Shown in pieces: positions 47,320 to 61,620 of a DNA stretch of 64,000 bases (its first letter is position 1; each line of letters starts with the position of its first letter). Below the pieces are notes generated by a model. It saw only the letters and a program-made list of their open reading frames with translations. It searched no databases and was not told the origin of the DNA. The DNA comes from Sinanodonta woodiana (lineage: Eukaryota): assembly GCA_046254885.1 (NCBI GenBank), contig CM100994.1, positions 93,766,727 to 93,830,726 of the forward strand, read 5' to 3'. A program made the position numbers and the translations under genes.

Positions 47320-48470
47320 TAAATTATGTAAAGTAGATTCATTTCAGTTATCCCCTTCAAAAGTATCTCAGATCTTATGTACAGTAGATTCATTTCAGTT
47401 ATCCCCTTCAGAAGTATCTCAGATTTTATGTACAGTAGATTCATTTCAGTTATCCCCTTCAGAAGTATCTCAGATTTTATGTACAGTAGATTCATTTCAG
47501 TTATCCCCTTCAGAAGTATCTCAGATCTTATGTACAGTAGATTCATTTCAGTTATCTCCTTCAAACGAATCTCAGATCTTATGTACAGTAGATTCATTTC
47601 AGTTATCCCCTTCAGAAGTATCTCAGATTTTATGTACAGTAGATTCATTTCAGTTATCCCCTTCAGAAGTATCTCAGATCTTATGTACAGTAGATTCATT
47701 TCAGTTATCCCCTTCAGAAGTATCTCAGATTTTATGTACAGTAGATTCATTTCAGTTATCCCCTTCAGAAGTATCTCAGATTTTATGTACAGTAGATTCA
47801 TTTCAGTTATCCCCTTCAGAAGTATCTCAGATCTTATGTACAGTAGATTCATTTCAGTTATCTCCTTCAAACGAATCTCAGATCTTATATACAGTAGATT
47901 CATTTCAGTTATCCTCTTCAGAAGTATCTCAGATTTTATGTACAGTAGATTCATTTCAGTTATCCCCTTCAGAAGTATCTCAGATTTTATGTACAGTAGA
48001 TTCATTTCAGTTATCCCCTTCAGAAGTATCTCAGATCTTATGTACAGTAGATTCATTTCAGTTATCTCCTTCAGAAGTATATCAGATCTTATGTACAGTA
48101 GATTCATTTCAGTTATCTCCTTCAAACGAATCTCAGATCTTATGTACAGTAGATTCATTTCAGTTATCCCCTTCAGAAGTATCTCAGATTTTATGTACAG
48201 TAGATTCATTTCAGTTATCCCCTTCAGAAGTATCTCAGATTTTATGTACAGTAGATTCATTTCAGTTATCCCCTTCAGAAGTATCTCAGATTTTATGTAC
48301 AGTAGATTCATTTCAGTTATCCCCTTCAGAAGTATCTCAGATCTTATGTACAGTAGAATTCATTTCAGTTATCCCCTTCAGAAGTATCTCAGATCTTATG
48401 TACAGTAGATTCATTTCAGTTATCTCCTTCAGAAGTATCTCAGATCTTATGTACAGTAGATTCATTTCAG
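47320..48470. repeat. 51-bp minisatellite (atgtacagtagattcatttcagttatccccttcagaagtatctcagatctt), about 22 copies.
   Basis: Read directly in the sequence. The 451/343/341-aa ORFs are artifacts. Confidence 0.95.
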
Positions 48471-48533
48471 TTTAATTTCATTGAAATTATCTCATATATT
48501 TTGTACAGTTGTAAATCTTTTTATTGCTTACAG

Positions 48534-48721
48534 TGCCTGAGTGCCATCTATGGGTCAAGTGATTTCTTCCCTCCCTTAAGGTCCTTTCATCTTCTTTGCC
48601 CAATGGAAAGCCATCAGAATATCTTCCTCATATCGGATGGTCATGTGAACCATAATGACTTCATCTTGAACTCTATCAAGAGGGCTGCCAAACGAAGCAG
48701 GCTGTTTACATTGGGAGTTGG
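48534..48721 (+). CDS. PARP4: vWA-domain exon (CLSAIYGSSDFFPPLRSFHLLCPMESHQNIFLISDGHVNHNDFILNSIKRAAKRSRLFTLGVG + 2 nt).
   Basis: Acceptor ttattgcttacag, donor GG|GTTAGT. Matches PARP4 ..NILLVSDGHLQDESLTLQLVKRS..TRLFACGIG. Confidence 0.9.
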
Positions 48722-49074
48722 GTTAGTAATTTGGTCAGTGTTTTCAATGTTGCCATGATGTGTAGAGGAAAGGGGTGAGTTGGTGGTGGTGCATGGAGTA
48801 CTGAACATAGCTGTCTGTGGATGTGTCTATATGTCTATCTGTCCAATATGTCAGTACTCAATCTGTATTGAACAGCGTAATGAATTTCTTTTGAGATAAT
48901 TGGATTTCACTAATGACTGCTAATGCTTGATTTCAGAAAATAAAATTGTTTTGTTGTTGAAATAATTTCTCTTTGGGAAATTTGATTTGGAGATAACTAT
49001 TATTTTTTTAAATGTAGGATGTATATGGCGGGTCACTTATTACCATGCATAATTATGCTTAAGCTGATACATAA

Positions 49075-50310
49075 GCAGCAGATGTAGACATTGATCATAA
49101 AGTACAGATGTAGACATTGATCATAAAGTACATAGACATTGATCATAAAATACAGATGTAGACATTGATCATAAAGTACAGACATAGACATTGATCATAA
49201 AATACAGATGTAGACATTGATCACAAAGTAAAGACATAGACATTGATCACAAAGTACATAGACATTGATCACAGAGTACAGACATAGACATTGATCACAG
49301 AGTACAGACATAGACATTGATCACAAAGTACATAGATATTGATCACAGAGTACAGACATAGACATTGAGTACAGACATAGACATTGATCACAAAGTACAT
49401 AGACATTGATCACAGAGTACAGACATAGACATTGATCACAGAGTACATAGACATTGATCACAGAGTACAGACATAGACATTGATCACAAAGTAAAGACAT
49501 AGACATTGATCACAAAGTACATAGACATTGATCACAGAGTACAGACATAGACATTGATCACAAAGTACATAGACATTGATCATAAAGTACAGATGTAGAC
49601 ATTGATCACAAAGTACAGACATAGCCATTGATCATAAAATACAGATGTAGACATTGATCATAAAGTACAGACAGACATTGATCACAAAGTACAGATGTAG
49701 ACATTGATCATAAAATACAGATGTAGACATTGATCATAAAGTACAGACAGACATTGATCACAAAGTACAGATGTAGACATTGATCATAAAGTACAGATGT
49801 AGACATTAATCATAAAGTACAGACATAGACATTGATCACAAAGTACAGACGTAGACATTGATCATAAAGTACAGACATAGACATTAATCATAAAATACAG
49901 ATGTAGACATTGATCATAAGTACAGACATAGACATTGATCACAAAGTACAGATGTAGACATTGATCATAAAGTACAGACGTAGACATTGATCACAAAGTA
50001 CAGACGTAGACATTGATCATAAAGTGCAGATGTAGACATTGATCACAAAGTACAGATGTAGACATTGATCATTAAATACAGATGTAGACATTGATCATAA
50101 AGTACAGATGTAGACATTGATCATAAAGTACAGATGTAGACATTGATTATAAAGTACAGATGTAGACATTGATTATAAAGTACAGATGTAGACATTGATC
50201 ATAAAGTACAGATGTAGACATTGATCATAAAGTACAGATGTAGACATTGATCATAAAGTACAGACATAGACATTGATCATTATGTACAGATGTAGACATT
50301 GATCATAAAG
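49075..50310. repeat. Satellite with units of about 21-26 bp (acattgatcataaagtacagatgtag), about 50 copies.
   Basis: Read directly in the sequence. Confidence 0.9.
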
Positions 50311-50436
50311 ATACAAACAGTTAAGAGACATCATGCAAAAGCATTTCAGTTTATGATATTTAAAACATATTTCCTATTTTTACCAATAATAATACCTTAT
50401 AGATAAACTTTTGCAAGAATTTAATTCTTCCTGCAG

Positions 50437-50536
50437 TCAAGCAGTCAACCACCACCAGATGAGATGTATTGCCAGCCTTGGAGGTGGAACATACGAGTAT
50501 TATAATGCCAGTACCAAGTCAGCATGGCAAAGGAAG
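50437..50536 (+). CDS. PARP4: vWA-domain C-terminal exon ((G)QAVNHHQMRCIASLGGGTYEYYNASTKSAWQRK).
   Basis: Acceptor cttcctgcag, donor AAG|GTGAGA. Matches PARP4 ..ANRHVLRILSQCGAGVFEYFNAKSKHSWRKQ. Confidence 0.9.
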
Positions 50537-51524
50537 GTGAGAGATATATGTATTATAATACTAACACCAAATCAGCTTGGCAGATGTTGTTGTGAAAACA
50601 TGTGGGTATTAGAACACCAGCAATAAATCAGTTTGGCTTATTTAAACAAAATGAGATATATGAATATTTCATTAGTAAAGAAACTGTATGAATTACGTGC
50701 TAAGATGTGGGATGTATTATTTAATAAGTTTCATAAATTTCACATTAAATGAACATGTTTTTTTCCATTCTATTTATCATTTTACCTGATTATTAAATTG
50801 TCAAGAAGAAGTTGAAGGTTGGGTGAACCAGACAAATAAATTTCTCAGGAGCTAGGCTTATTATCAGAAAAAATATTCTTTAGACATATTTGCTAAACTT
50901 TTGAAAAATAATTGTAGGTAGTCTTGATTGAGTAATGGCTTATCATTGGATGAATATAATAGCTATAGAAAGTAAGTAGGTGCTGTACCATTGTAAATTA
51001 TATGTAAGACATGGTGCTAATATAAGTAGAACAATGCCTAACATTAAATTATACAACAATCAAGGTGTTTCTTTTATGAATAGCAAAACCTTTTCTTCTG
51101 TTTGTATCTAACATTTAATATTTAATTTACTTAAAGACTCCTAACTACTGGGAAATTTTAAATATACCAAAACTGATTATTGAATAATACAAAAGTTAAA
51201 TGGCTATTTATGGCCGAATTCAAGTCTTTTATATCCTGAGATTTTAAGTTATGAAAATCAGTTGTTCATAGTTAACATTCTTTCTCAGACTTCCATTGGG
51301 AAATTTAAATTAGATGATACACTGTTTTAGAGACATTTAGTAATATAATCCATAAAGTGTATGCATTGTAAATTTAATAACTTTTCCTGATGTATTTGCA
51401 GTAAAACAGGTCATATTACAACTTGTATTAAATATTCTATCTGTAAAATAAACATTCTGTGTTATTTGTATATAATTTCGTATTGATAGACTCAATCATA
51501 ACACATTATGAATACAACCATAGG

Positions 51525-51690
51525 CCCTGAATGGCCGAGTGGTCTATAGCACTGTTCATTACAGACCACTGCCATCTCACCTCTTTCTGCGTGGGTTCAA
51601 GTCTAAGATTCGGCAAATGTAGTTATGTGAGAAAGCTTGCCAGTAGCTTCTTGTGGGTTGGTGTCCCAAGATGTATAGATGTTACAGTAG
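51525..51690 (+). mobile_element. SINE family A copy (5' tRNA-related head plus core). It is 3' truncated or diverged.
   Basis: ggccctgaatggccgagtggtctatagcactg..ccactgccatctcac..gcgtgggttcaagtctaagattcggcaaatgtagttatgtgagaaagcttgccagtagcttcttgtgggttgg is homologous to 11650-11935, 53020-53260 and the reverse complement of 52850-52985. Confidence 0.7.
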
Positions 51691-52030
51691 TCAACAAAAA
51701 GACCTAAAAACGGTAAAGTTTAGACATTGGTCAGTGAATAAGCCAACCCTTCCTTTTTCTTGTCAGGCCATTATTTTTTTCTGAATTATTTAGCTTATAC
51801 ATGAGTATATACTGTAATAATGAAATAATAAGTCCCATAATCAGTATCGGCACTTTTAATAATTGGCTATATGCAGTATCGGCATAATCGGCAAAAAGTG
51901 ACATTGGTACAGCTTTAACTGCAAATGCATCCATTCAATAACTGCCTATCTTATAGGACCATTCTTACATTTCATTGGTAATTCCTCTAGATGGGTTTTA
52001 CTGTATCAATTGACCTTACTCTAATTACAG

Positions 52031-52201
52031 GTCACATCTCAGCTGGAGCAGGCATCCCAACCTAGGCTGATGGAAGTTAGTGTTGATTGGATACAGGGAA
52101 ATGAAAAGGCTTCAGATCTTCTGCAAGCCCCAAGTAGTATTCCCAGTATATTCAGCGGGTGTAGACAAGTTGTTTATGGCTTTGTCCCTAACTGCATGCA
52201 G
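52031..52201 (+). CDS. PARP4: C-terminal region exon (VTSQLEQASQPRLMEVSVDWIQGNEKASDLLQAPSSIPSIFSGCRQVVYGFVPNCMQ).
   Basis: Acceptor taattacag, donor CAG|GTAAAA. Matches PARP4 ..SVKWQQLNPDVPEALQAPAQVPSLFLNDRLLVYGFIPHCTQ. Confidence 0.9.
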
Positions 52202-52849
52202 GTAAAAAGTGCAGAGTCAAAGAAAATATTAATCTCAAATGTTATTTTTCTGGAATATTCTCTCTGTTTACTAAGACTTTCTCCTAAGTCTGTCATCTAT
52301 TTATGTGTGTTGCACTTTTTAGCTGTCATTTGTATGTAAGCAATTGATTCTTAAATTTGATTTCCTAGTTTTGTATGCTATCTTTAAGCCAAGATGTAGC
52401 CTGATATTATATTGTTCAGCTCTAGATTCATTCTGTGTTTGTTATCAATTTTGTTTCCTCACAGAAACTTGAGTTGTGCACCATCTACAGTTACCAAACG
52501 TTTTAAATAAGAACCCTATCAAATAGTCTGGTTCCCTGCTTTGTATGCTCTTGTGTCACTCTCCGTATAAAAAGTCTGGTGAACACTGATGCCGTATTGT
52601 CACATGATGAAAATGTATGGCCTTATATGGAGGGATCTAGTTAATTTAACCATGGCACAGTTATTCCTTTTCTGTTTTGTTTGCTAGTTACAGTAACCAA
52701 ATGTCACATTTGCTCCTTCATGGAATTGGGTTGCTATTTCAATCCTAGTATCTGTCAAAGTCTGAAGTGTAATGTACAATGAAGATAAAATTGATTAAGG
52801 AATTATTTCAGCTAGAATATTTTAGTTGAACTACTGACTTATGCGAAGC

Positions 52850-52985
52850 TACTGGCAAGCTTTCTCACATTCAAACATTGGTCGAATCTAAGACTGGAAC
52901 CCACGCAGACAAGTGAGATGACAGTGATTCATAATGGAGAGTGCTTTAGACCACTCAGCCATTCAGGGCACCCACAAAGTGCACA
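52850..52985 (-). mobile_element. SINE family A copy, inverted orientation.
   Basis: The reverse complement matches the head and core of 51525-51690 (..ctgaatggctgagtggtctaaagcactc..cactgtcatctcac..tgcgtgggttccagtcttagattcgaccaatg..gtgagaaagcttgccagtagcttcg). Confidence 0.65.
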
Positions 52986-53019
52986 TGCATTTGAACAATT
53001 AGTTTTGTTTGTTCATTTG

Positions 53020-53260
53020 ATTAGGGCCCCCGAGTAGTCCGTTATGGACCACTGCCATATTACTGCTGTATACATATGTTTGAGTCCAAGATTAAGCAAA
53101 TGTAGTTATGTGAAAAAGCTTGCCAGTAGCTTCTCGTGGGTTGGTGGTTCTTTCCTGTATTTTTCCAGGTTCTTCCTCCACTAATACTGGCCGCCATATA
53201 TAGCCAATATTGTGCTTAAAAATGGCGTTAAACCGTAAAAAACAAATATTGTTCATTTGA
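53020..53260 (+). mobile_element. SINE family A copy (full-length-like, with the ..ttcctccactaatactggccgcc..tatagcc..tgtgct.aaaaatggc tail region).
   Basis: Co-linear with 11650-11935 along the whole core and tail. Confidence 0.7.
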
Positions 53261-53454
53261 TTAGAATTTTTAACGTAAGTTTTTTTTTAAAAAATCAGTC
53301 AAATCGCTATGATGTCTGCAGTGAGGCAGTTTATAGTGATGTCTAGCACAGGGGCTTCATGCTGCAGACATGTAGCATGATGTCCAACCCGGTCACTTTA
53401 TCCTGATACCAAGTACTAACACTTACCTCTTAATGCTGAGCCAACCGAGGCAGC

Positions 53455-53545
53455 CATTTGTACCATTTTATTTTTCTAAGTCTTTTTCTATGACTTGACC
53501 AGGGATCAAACCCATGACCTCCTGCTTGCATGGCGGATGCTCTAA
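53455..53545 (-). other. tRNA-like sequence (D-arm tagtggttagagca, T-arm gggtttgatccc) on the minus strand. Probably a tRNA-derived SINE head or a tRNA pseudogene rather than a functional tRNA.
   Basis: The reverse complement ..ccagtggcctagtggttagagcatccgccatgcaagcaggaggtcatgggtttgatccctggtcaag.. carries A- and B-box-like elements. The acceptor stem pairs imperfectly and the anticodon arm is atypical. Confidence 0.35.
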
Positions 53546-54677
53546 CCACTAGGCCACTGGACAAGACAAACTTTAAAAACTTTGCTACTGAATTTGATAG
53601 ATGCAAATATAGTAAAATTGGTTCATAATTCAACTTTAAATGTGGGCAAGCCTTGTAAAAAAAATTATAACATGCCCTTGAAAAATCATTGAAAAATTCT
53701 TAAATTTGGTCTGAGATTTTTATACTAACCATTTCTACACAGTTATGGCTGCTAAGCAAAAATTTCTAATTTTTCTGTTTCTTTGAATAAAAAATTCCAC
53801 CTTTAGTTTGGAGAATTAAAGAAGTGATTGTTTTTTCAAATAGATTAACAAAAGTATGCTGCTTTAAAGCATCTTTAATACAGTGAAACCCCAATATAAA
53901 ATATTACATAGCTAATTTTGTTCGTGACTAGAGATATATTTAAGATAATTATCACTTGTAGGTAAACTAGTTATCTTGGATCTTAGTTCAAGATATTCCT
54001 TGTGGAAATTCCTTGTTTACCTTACATTTGTCATGTTCTTTATTAAAATGAAAGTCAGAGACCTGATCTTGTTTATAACTTAGATTGTTCTAGGAAATTA
54101 ATTTTTTATCATAATTCGGGTCATTTTATTGTGTCAGGATTTTAAATTAATGTTGTTTACATCAATATTATTCATTCCTGTTTTTAACTTCCCTTACATT
54201 CAGGTTTAATTTGAGAGATTTTTATTTTAAATTTCATTTTTGTCACAAAGTGCTTATTGGCTTTAAGATTAAAACACTATTTTGGACTTATTTTGAATTC
54301 ATTCAGTAACATTCACCATTATTACATCATTGTGATATATCAAGATCGTTAGCACTTCAGAGCATTTAGATTATGGTCATATTCAAGATTGTAATTCATT
54401 TGGAACCCCACTGAAATCATTTGGAACACCACTGGAATTCATTCTAAATGCTCTATACATGTGGATGTGTGATAGAACATTTAGGACTGTTTGGCATTTA
54501 ATTCACAATACTGTAAGTTCTTTTTAAATTTTTCAACTTTGTATTCTAGGGCAACAAAATCTTGGCTCAATTTTTAAAAATGTTTTGGTTGTTTGCATTT
54601 CTGCTACTTAGTTTAAAACCATAGAGTTATAATATAATATCTTCTATGCCATCATCCATTATTTTTCATTTATTCAG

Positions 54678-54758
54678 GCTGTATTGCATGCAGAAGTAAA
54701 TGGTCAAGAGATCTCAACTCAAGTCTCCACAGCTGAGTTAAACATTACAAATGGTCAG
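54678..54758 (+). CDS. PARP4: Exon (AVLHAEVNGQEISTQVSTAELNITNGQ).
   Basis: Acceptor tttattcag, donor CAG|GTCAGT. Matches PARP4 ATLCALIQEKEFRTMVSTTELQKTTG. Confidence 0.85.
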
Positions 54759-54869
54759 GTCAGTATATAGGTATTTTCAGGTTTTTTCTTCCCCTGCATT
54801 ATTTAAATGTTTTTGTTCTTGTTATTACTTGATTATCAGATTGTCACCAAATTGTTTTGTAAAGGTACA

Positions 54870-55760
54870 TGGAAGATATCAATTATTACTGTAACAGGGG
54901 TTAAAAGTGAAGTATAATGGGAAGATATAAGGTATTACTGTAACAGGAGTTAAAAGTGAAGGTTACAGAGAAGATATCAAGTGTTACTGTAACAGGGGTT
55001 AAAAGTGAAGGTTACAGGGAAGATATCAATTATTACTGTAACAGGGGTTGAAAGTGAAGGTTACAGAGAAGATATCAAGTGTTACTGTAACAGGGGTTAA
55101 AAGTGAAGGTTACAGAGAAGATATCAAGTGTTACTGTAACAGGAGTTATAAGTGAAGGTTATAGAGAAGATATAAAGTGTTACTGTAACAGGGGTTAAAA
55201 TTGAAGGTTACAGAGAAGATATCAAGTGTTACTGTAACAGGTGTTAAAATTGAAGGTTACAGAGAAGATATCAATTATTACTGTAACAGGGGTTAAATTT
55301 AAGTGAAGGTTACAAAGAAGATATCAAGTGTTACTGTAACAGGTTGAAAGTGAAGGTTACATAGAAGATATCAAGTGTTACTGTAACAGGGGTTGAAAGT
55401 GAAGGTTAAAGGGAAGATATAAAGTATTATTGTAACAGGAGTTAAAAGTGAAGGTTACAGAGAAGATATCAATTATTACTGTAACAGGGGTTAAAAGTGA
55501 AGGTTACAGAGAAGATATCAAGTGTTACTGTAACAGGGTTTGAAAGTGAAGGTTACAGAGAAGATATCAATTATTACTGTAACGGGTGTTAAAATTGAAG
55601 GTTACAGAGAAGATATCAATTATTACTGTAACAGGGGTTAAAAGTAAAGGTTACAGAGAAGATATAAAGTGTTACTGTAACAGGGTTTGAAAGTAAAGGT
55701 TACAGAGAAGATATCAATTATTACTGTAACGGGTTAAAAGTGAAAGTTACAGAGAACATA
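54870..55760. repeat. Minisatellite of about 57 bp (ttactgtaacaggggttaaaagtgaaggttacagagaagatatcaagtg), about 15 copies.
   Basis: Read directly in the sequence. Confidence 0.9.
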
Positions 55761-57536
55761 TCAAGTATTACAAAATCAATATAAACTGTAAAGAAACTTA
55801 ATGAAAACAAATTATTTTTGCATTGCTGGAATAGCTTCAAACTAATTTATCATTTCTACTGCAAGTTAGTATTAGTTATCAATGCTAGATTATCATAAGC
55901 TATTATTTGTTATCATTTCATGATAAAAACAACTAATAATGCAAAATTTGATTTGTTTTAATCACTTCATCTTGTGTTTCAAAACTTTAAACATCAGTAT
56001 GTAATACCAATATGTATTTAATTAGCATACTTGCTGACATTATTTTTGATTGAATTAAAGTTTTTCACTGATAAGTTCATTGTGTATTTGCCATAATATC
56101 AGAAACCACAAGTGAATCTGGCAAGAGGCAGAAACATAATAATAGCAGAAATCGCGATATCTAGTCAGTACTTGTTCATTAGGCAGGCCATAATTGTAAT
56201 ACATTTGGCAGACACATTAAGGAATATATAAAATTCATAAGAAACATGATATAAACATTCATTGATTAAATATTTAGCTAATTAACAAAAAATATCATAG
56301 TCCTTATTATATTAAACAATGTGACATTGGATAATTCAGTGTGGTATTTAAGGTCAAGCTTGTTCTCTGATATCACTCATTTTGTCATGATAATAACATA
56401 GCCAAGAAATTAATATTACCACTACATACAGATTTTTACAACCTACAGTTATCATTAATCGGTTTGGAACATAATTTAAGCATGTGTGGTCATATCAGGA
56501 AAATTACATTTTTTATTTCGTCATTGGATAGAAAATTGTCATTTGACCAATAAAAACTATAGCCAGAAGCTTTGATTATCCCCATGAAGATCAACATGCC
56601 AAGAAAGGCAGACATTTCAGACACACTCATCTCTATCCACTTAACGTCAATGATTTCATGATCCAGTTTTTATTCAGCTGCAAATTTATTAATTTCACTT
56701 ACAATCTTTTCAAAAAGTCCAGCTGAAAAATATAATTGGAAATAGTCTACTTTTGGTGATGTTTCGTGCAAAACTTCGGTCAATATATTGCACGTCTGCA
56801 AACCAATTTGGCTCTTCTTCATCGGTGTCACTCAAGTCTGATGACTTTTCAATGTTAATATCTGATGACAGAATTTCAGATTCTTCATCATTAAAGGCAT
56901 CATTGTTTAAAAAAATGGCATTTCATTGGAACTGAATCCAGAAAAATAATTTTTACTTTACAGACAAATTACTGTAATCAACAGACAAGGATGAAAATGC
57001 TATGAAATCGGAATTCCCTTTATGATTAAAAACAATTCACTTCCCGTAACATCTGTTATACAATTTCAATGAAATTTTGCATATTGAAATGAAGGGAAGA
57101 TGAACAACACAAACAGTCTCCATCATGTTTTTTTATTTTAAATTCCTCGCAATTGTTTAAGATTTTGAATTGTAAACATGTTAAGGCTACATTATACTGA
57201 CAGTGTATGGAAGAAGACTAGCAATATTTGCTGCACAAATAAATAATAAAGAATGTGATTTTATACATAAAGACATGATCACATCATGAATTTATACTAC
57301 CAATGTAAAATTCAGAATCATTTTTTAAACACATACAATTATGAGTAACTTTCATATGTTGAAAAGTTATGTTGATGCAGCTGTGGAATAAAAGCTATGT
57401 ACACACTGTAATTGGTCCATTAGATTTAAATGTCCTAATGATAGGAATTATATCATTAAAATCAAAATATGATTTTTTCTTTCTTTCTACAGCAATTAAT
57501 TAACTTGCAGCGAATCAACATTAAATGGAATATGTA

Positions 57537-58845
57537 CCGTATTTTGCTGTGTATAACGCACACTTTTTTCCCCTAATTTTCTTATCTTAACTTGGGATGC
57601 GCGTTGTATACAAGAACTAAAAAAAAAATTTTTTCCAGGTCGATTTGAAGAGGATGAAGGCACTATAGCCGCCTACATGTATCACAATCACTATTTGTGA
57701 AATATATATCCATGATTGTACATTGCATTGTAACCAAAATGTTTACCGGTACTAGCCGTATTAAAGAAATAAATAATGCTTACAAATAGTCTTGTTCTTT
57801 GATTGCTTATGTTATTCAACTGGTTTCATTTCACATCACTGTGTCAAGTTTTGTTATGTGCCTCAGGCGGAAATACATGTATATAATGACTGGCAACTTA
57901 TTCAAAAGCTGTGCAAAGTGCCGCATTGGAGCGGAACAAATACCACTGTGTGGATTACCGTACTTGTTCCGTAAATGTTCAGTATTCCATAACTGTTGGT
58001 CTAATCAAATTTTTCTTCATTTATTATTGGTTGAATTGAAATTTTACAGTGGGGCCCTGCTATAACATGGTAGTTGGGAGCCATAAAATCCGACCGTGTT
58101 ATGAATCGAACCATGTTATAAGCAGCCATGTACAATACCAACATGTTTTCGAATTGGGGGGGGGTGCATAAAGACGGGTGCGAAAATGCATGGCACAATT
58201 ACCGTTTTTAATCAATATATATATTAAATGAGAAAAACATTTGCTGTGGTAACAAAAATTGCAGATATAATATATTACTTTATTCAGAGAACCATGCATT
58301 GGTACATACACATGTTTAATTTATATATAGATGTATAATATATTGCTTGAATAAATTATCAACACAGTGTACTCACCAGCGAATCCTGTAACATACATTG
58401 AATCCATAATACAAATATTTCAATTGAATATATCCACACACAGATGTAAAATATTCAATAATTTTGTCACAGAATATTATGTGACTGAATTCAATGCAGA
58501 AAAAAAAATATGTAACAGGTGTACGTAATGAATGATGAAATAGTACTTGTACCTAGATTAAATAATGAAAGCTAACTTATATTCTTACAATAACTACATG
58601 TACATCTCTGGTTCTTTCTGTCTCTGAATTCAGTCGTAAATTTCAGCACATTTTCCCACCCAAGCTGATAGTCAAAGTCCTTTGAACTTTCCGCCCAGCT
58701 AGCCCAGCTAATACGTCATGTTCTTTTGATGTACTCTAATAAATACAGCAGGCAGAACTGGCTGTATTTTAAGAACATGATAAAATAATCAACTCTAACT
58801 TTGTCTCCCAGTTATTTGCATGCATGGAGTGATTTATGCGTCCCT

Positions 58846-58894
<49 letters not shown>

Positions 58895-59880
58895 TGCATT
58901 CAGATATGTGTAATTAAGCATTTCCGAGACCTCTGTACAGTCGTATGCATTTTGTATTACTAATTTCTCATCTGTCAATAGTTATTTTTTATTTTATTTT
59001 TTTAAAAACTGATTTTTAGCTGCTTTTTGCTAATAACACGTTTGCTCATGGCAAAGTCAATTATAGTTCTCAGATGCAGAATTTGAATATCCTAGTCAAC
59101 AGATGGCATAAAACAACACCACCAAGCCATGCGCCAATGTTGACAGCTTTTTTCTTTGATGCTGTTTAAGTCAATGCCCCCTGATTTGAACAAGTTTAGC
59201 TCGGCAGTTCACTTTGATGATAAACAATGTATTTATTTTAATTGATTTATACATTCTGGTGAGATCTTTTATTATCAACTGCTGCATTGGCTGTTGCTTA
59301 GTTGTGTACAAAATAAATAGAACATATATTGGATATTACAGAAATGATTGTACTAGGAATGCAATCAAGACAAACAAAAAGTAGACTTGATGACTTCATT
59401 GCTCAGGGATCAGTAATAATAATATTGACATTTATGAGCTGTCATTTTTCAACAATAAACAAAGATGAAAGTTCTCAGTGGGCCCAGTAATTGGTTCGTA
59501 TTTCCTATGTTTATTCTGGCACAAAACTAGAAGACATTTGTTAATTTTAGGAGCCATACAATGATTATTTTATAATTTTGTGTGATTTCCCCCTTTAAAT
59601 TATAATACATTTTCTACATGATTTTTCCCCCTGCAGTTTTTAGACGAGTATGAGAATGTTAATTAAATTCTTAACGATTTTTTATTTTTAATACTTATTA
59701 GTGTTAATGTTCTCATCAGAACATCTTTAGGGGACATATTTTTTTAAAACTACGGGTTCTAAAATGCATTATATCACATGCGCGTTATATGGCAAAACTA
59801 CGTTTTTTCCACTTATTTTGGGTCAAAAATCGGAGTGTGTGTTGTACATTGGTGCGCGTTATACACACCAAAATATGGTA
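57537..59880. mobile_element. Non-autonomous TIR element family B, copy 2 (2.34 kb, with no nested insertion). It contains a G8 tract and an (AT)n microsatellite at 58847-58892.
   Basis: The termini taccgtattttgctgtgtataacgcacac / gtgcgcgttatacacaccaaaatatggta are inverted. The body is co-linear with 24822-25185 plus 26648-28592. Confidence 0.75.
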
Positions 59881-61011
59881 ACATATTCATAGTTGATACT
59901 GTATAATGCATAGAAATATGTAGGGAAGGAGCAAAGATTTTTAAAAAGATGTATGCAGAGATGGGGGGGGGCATGGTAACGGCGTAGAAAAGCATATCTG
60001 GGGAATAAAGGGTTAAATACAAAAAATTATTCTATAGCAGCAAATGATAGACACAGTTATAAGTTGGACACTCCCATTTGAGTCTATTAAAAGTTGTAGT
60101 TAATACATTTTTCTTTAATTATAGTGAAATGTGAACTGACTTTGAGATTTTAACATACATGCCAAGTTTTCTGGAACCAAATCCGGGATTTTGGTGTTCA
60201 AAATCTGGGAGATCGGGTCCAAATCTAGGAGATTAGTGTAACAACTATTTTGCTCATAATTTTAAGTGCAAATCATACCACAACAAAGTAAAATAGATAT
60301 ATCCTCTATCCATGCACTATTAAACTTGCAAACATATTTCTTTATTTTTGAAGGCATTTTTTCCATCGAATCCGTTAGTGGACGTTTAGTCATAGCACCA
60401 TATTTTTTTAACTAACTCATAACCCCGGAAGTAGTTGTAGGAATTTACCTCAATAATTTACCTCATATTTGTATGTGTTTGGTAATTTGCTTCCGGCGGA
60501 AAGCACTACATAATGTACAACAGCAAAGGCCGATGATATTTCGATTGTAATGTATCTCCTTCCATTTCAGAATATAGTTCTCAATTGGGGGACTAGTCTG
60601 GTTCACTGACCGCTCTCCAGACTAAATGGGAACGCATTACATCCGAGTTTTATTTCTCGAACTGACGGAAAAGGCAGAGAATATTCCGATTGTAATGACT
60701 TTATTGATGGATTACGGTGGTCGTGAGCAGTGTTTTGAATGTGGGTTTTTTTAAAACTGGAAATACCTATGCTTGGCAGTTTTTTTTTAATTTCCGGGAG
60801 ATTTTGTTGGCAAATCGGTAGATCAAAAAAATGGGGTCAAAAATCAAAAGACTCCCAGACAATTCGGGAGACTTGGCATGTATGTTTTAATGACCTTTTT
60901 ATATTGCATACAAGGAAATGTTTACTTTTAAAAAAAATTTGAAAAGTTGCATTTGTTTCTCGGAAATGATAATCTTGTATAAATGTGTTTATATTAATTT
61001 TATTCTCACAG

Positions 61012-61092
61012 ATGCTTCACCAGTTGACTGCTCGTGCAGTGATCCGAGATTTTGAAAATGGAATTTTGGATGGTGATAGGATACTTCATCAG
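61012..61092 (+). CDS. PARP4: Exon (MLHQLTARAVIRDFENGILDGDRILHQ).
   Basis: Acceptor ttctcacag, donor CAG|GTTAGT. Matches PARP4 MIHKLAARALIRDYEDGILHE. Confidence 0.9.
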
Positions 61093-61620
61093 GTTAGTCG
61101 ACAGACATGTATCTATTGTATTAGGGAGGTGAAAATCATTAGAGGAGGAGTATTATAAGAAAAAGAACAGCAACAACAATGATAATGTCAGATATATAGC
61201 ATTGAAAATGATTATTGTTACAATAAATAAGTGATGATCATTAAATAAAAATAATACTAGGATAGTTTTTTTGTGTGTACTTTTGTGGGATTCAGTTTTC
61301 ATGTTGTGCAAGGACATTTTGTTATTAATAAATTGTTGGATTGAGGATGAAGTCCTGTTGTTTCCATGGAAACATAATTGTTTATTGGGACTTTAAATTT
61401 GTGGTTTTAAAAAGAATGAAATAGGTTAGAATACTCAGTTGTCAGGATCACCCTAGGTGGGTGTCTTGCAAAGTTATTGCCAGAAGGTTAGGATACTCAG
61501 TTTCAAAATAGCAAAAGTTAGATTTCTTAAATATAGAATTTTATATTTGTATGTTACCAAGTCAGTAGGATTTGTTATATTACATCCTTTCATGCATGTA
61601 TGTAACCTTTGTATTTATAG

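Noticed and set aside
47120-48475. ORFs of 451/343/341 aa across the 51-bp minisatellite.
   Set aside because: Periodic translation of a tandem repeat on both strands, with no coding signal.
53455-53545. Possible functional tRNA gene on the minus strand.
   Set aside because: A- and B-box-like segments are present, but the acceptor stem pairs imperfectly (ttgtccag/ctggtcaa) and no clean anticodon arm can be drawn. Adjacent SINE copies make a tRNA-derived SINE head or tRNA pseudogene more likely. It is reported only as tRNA-like.
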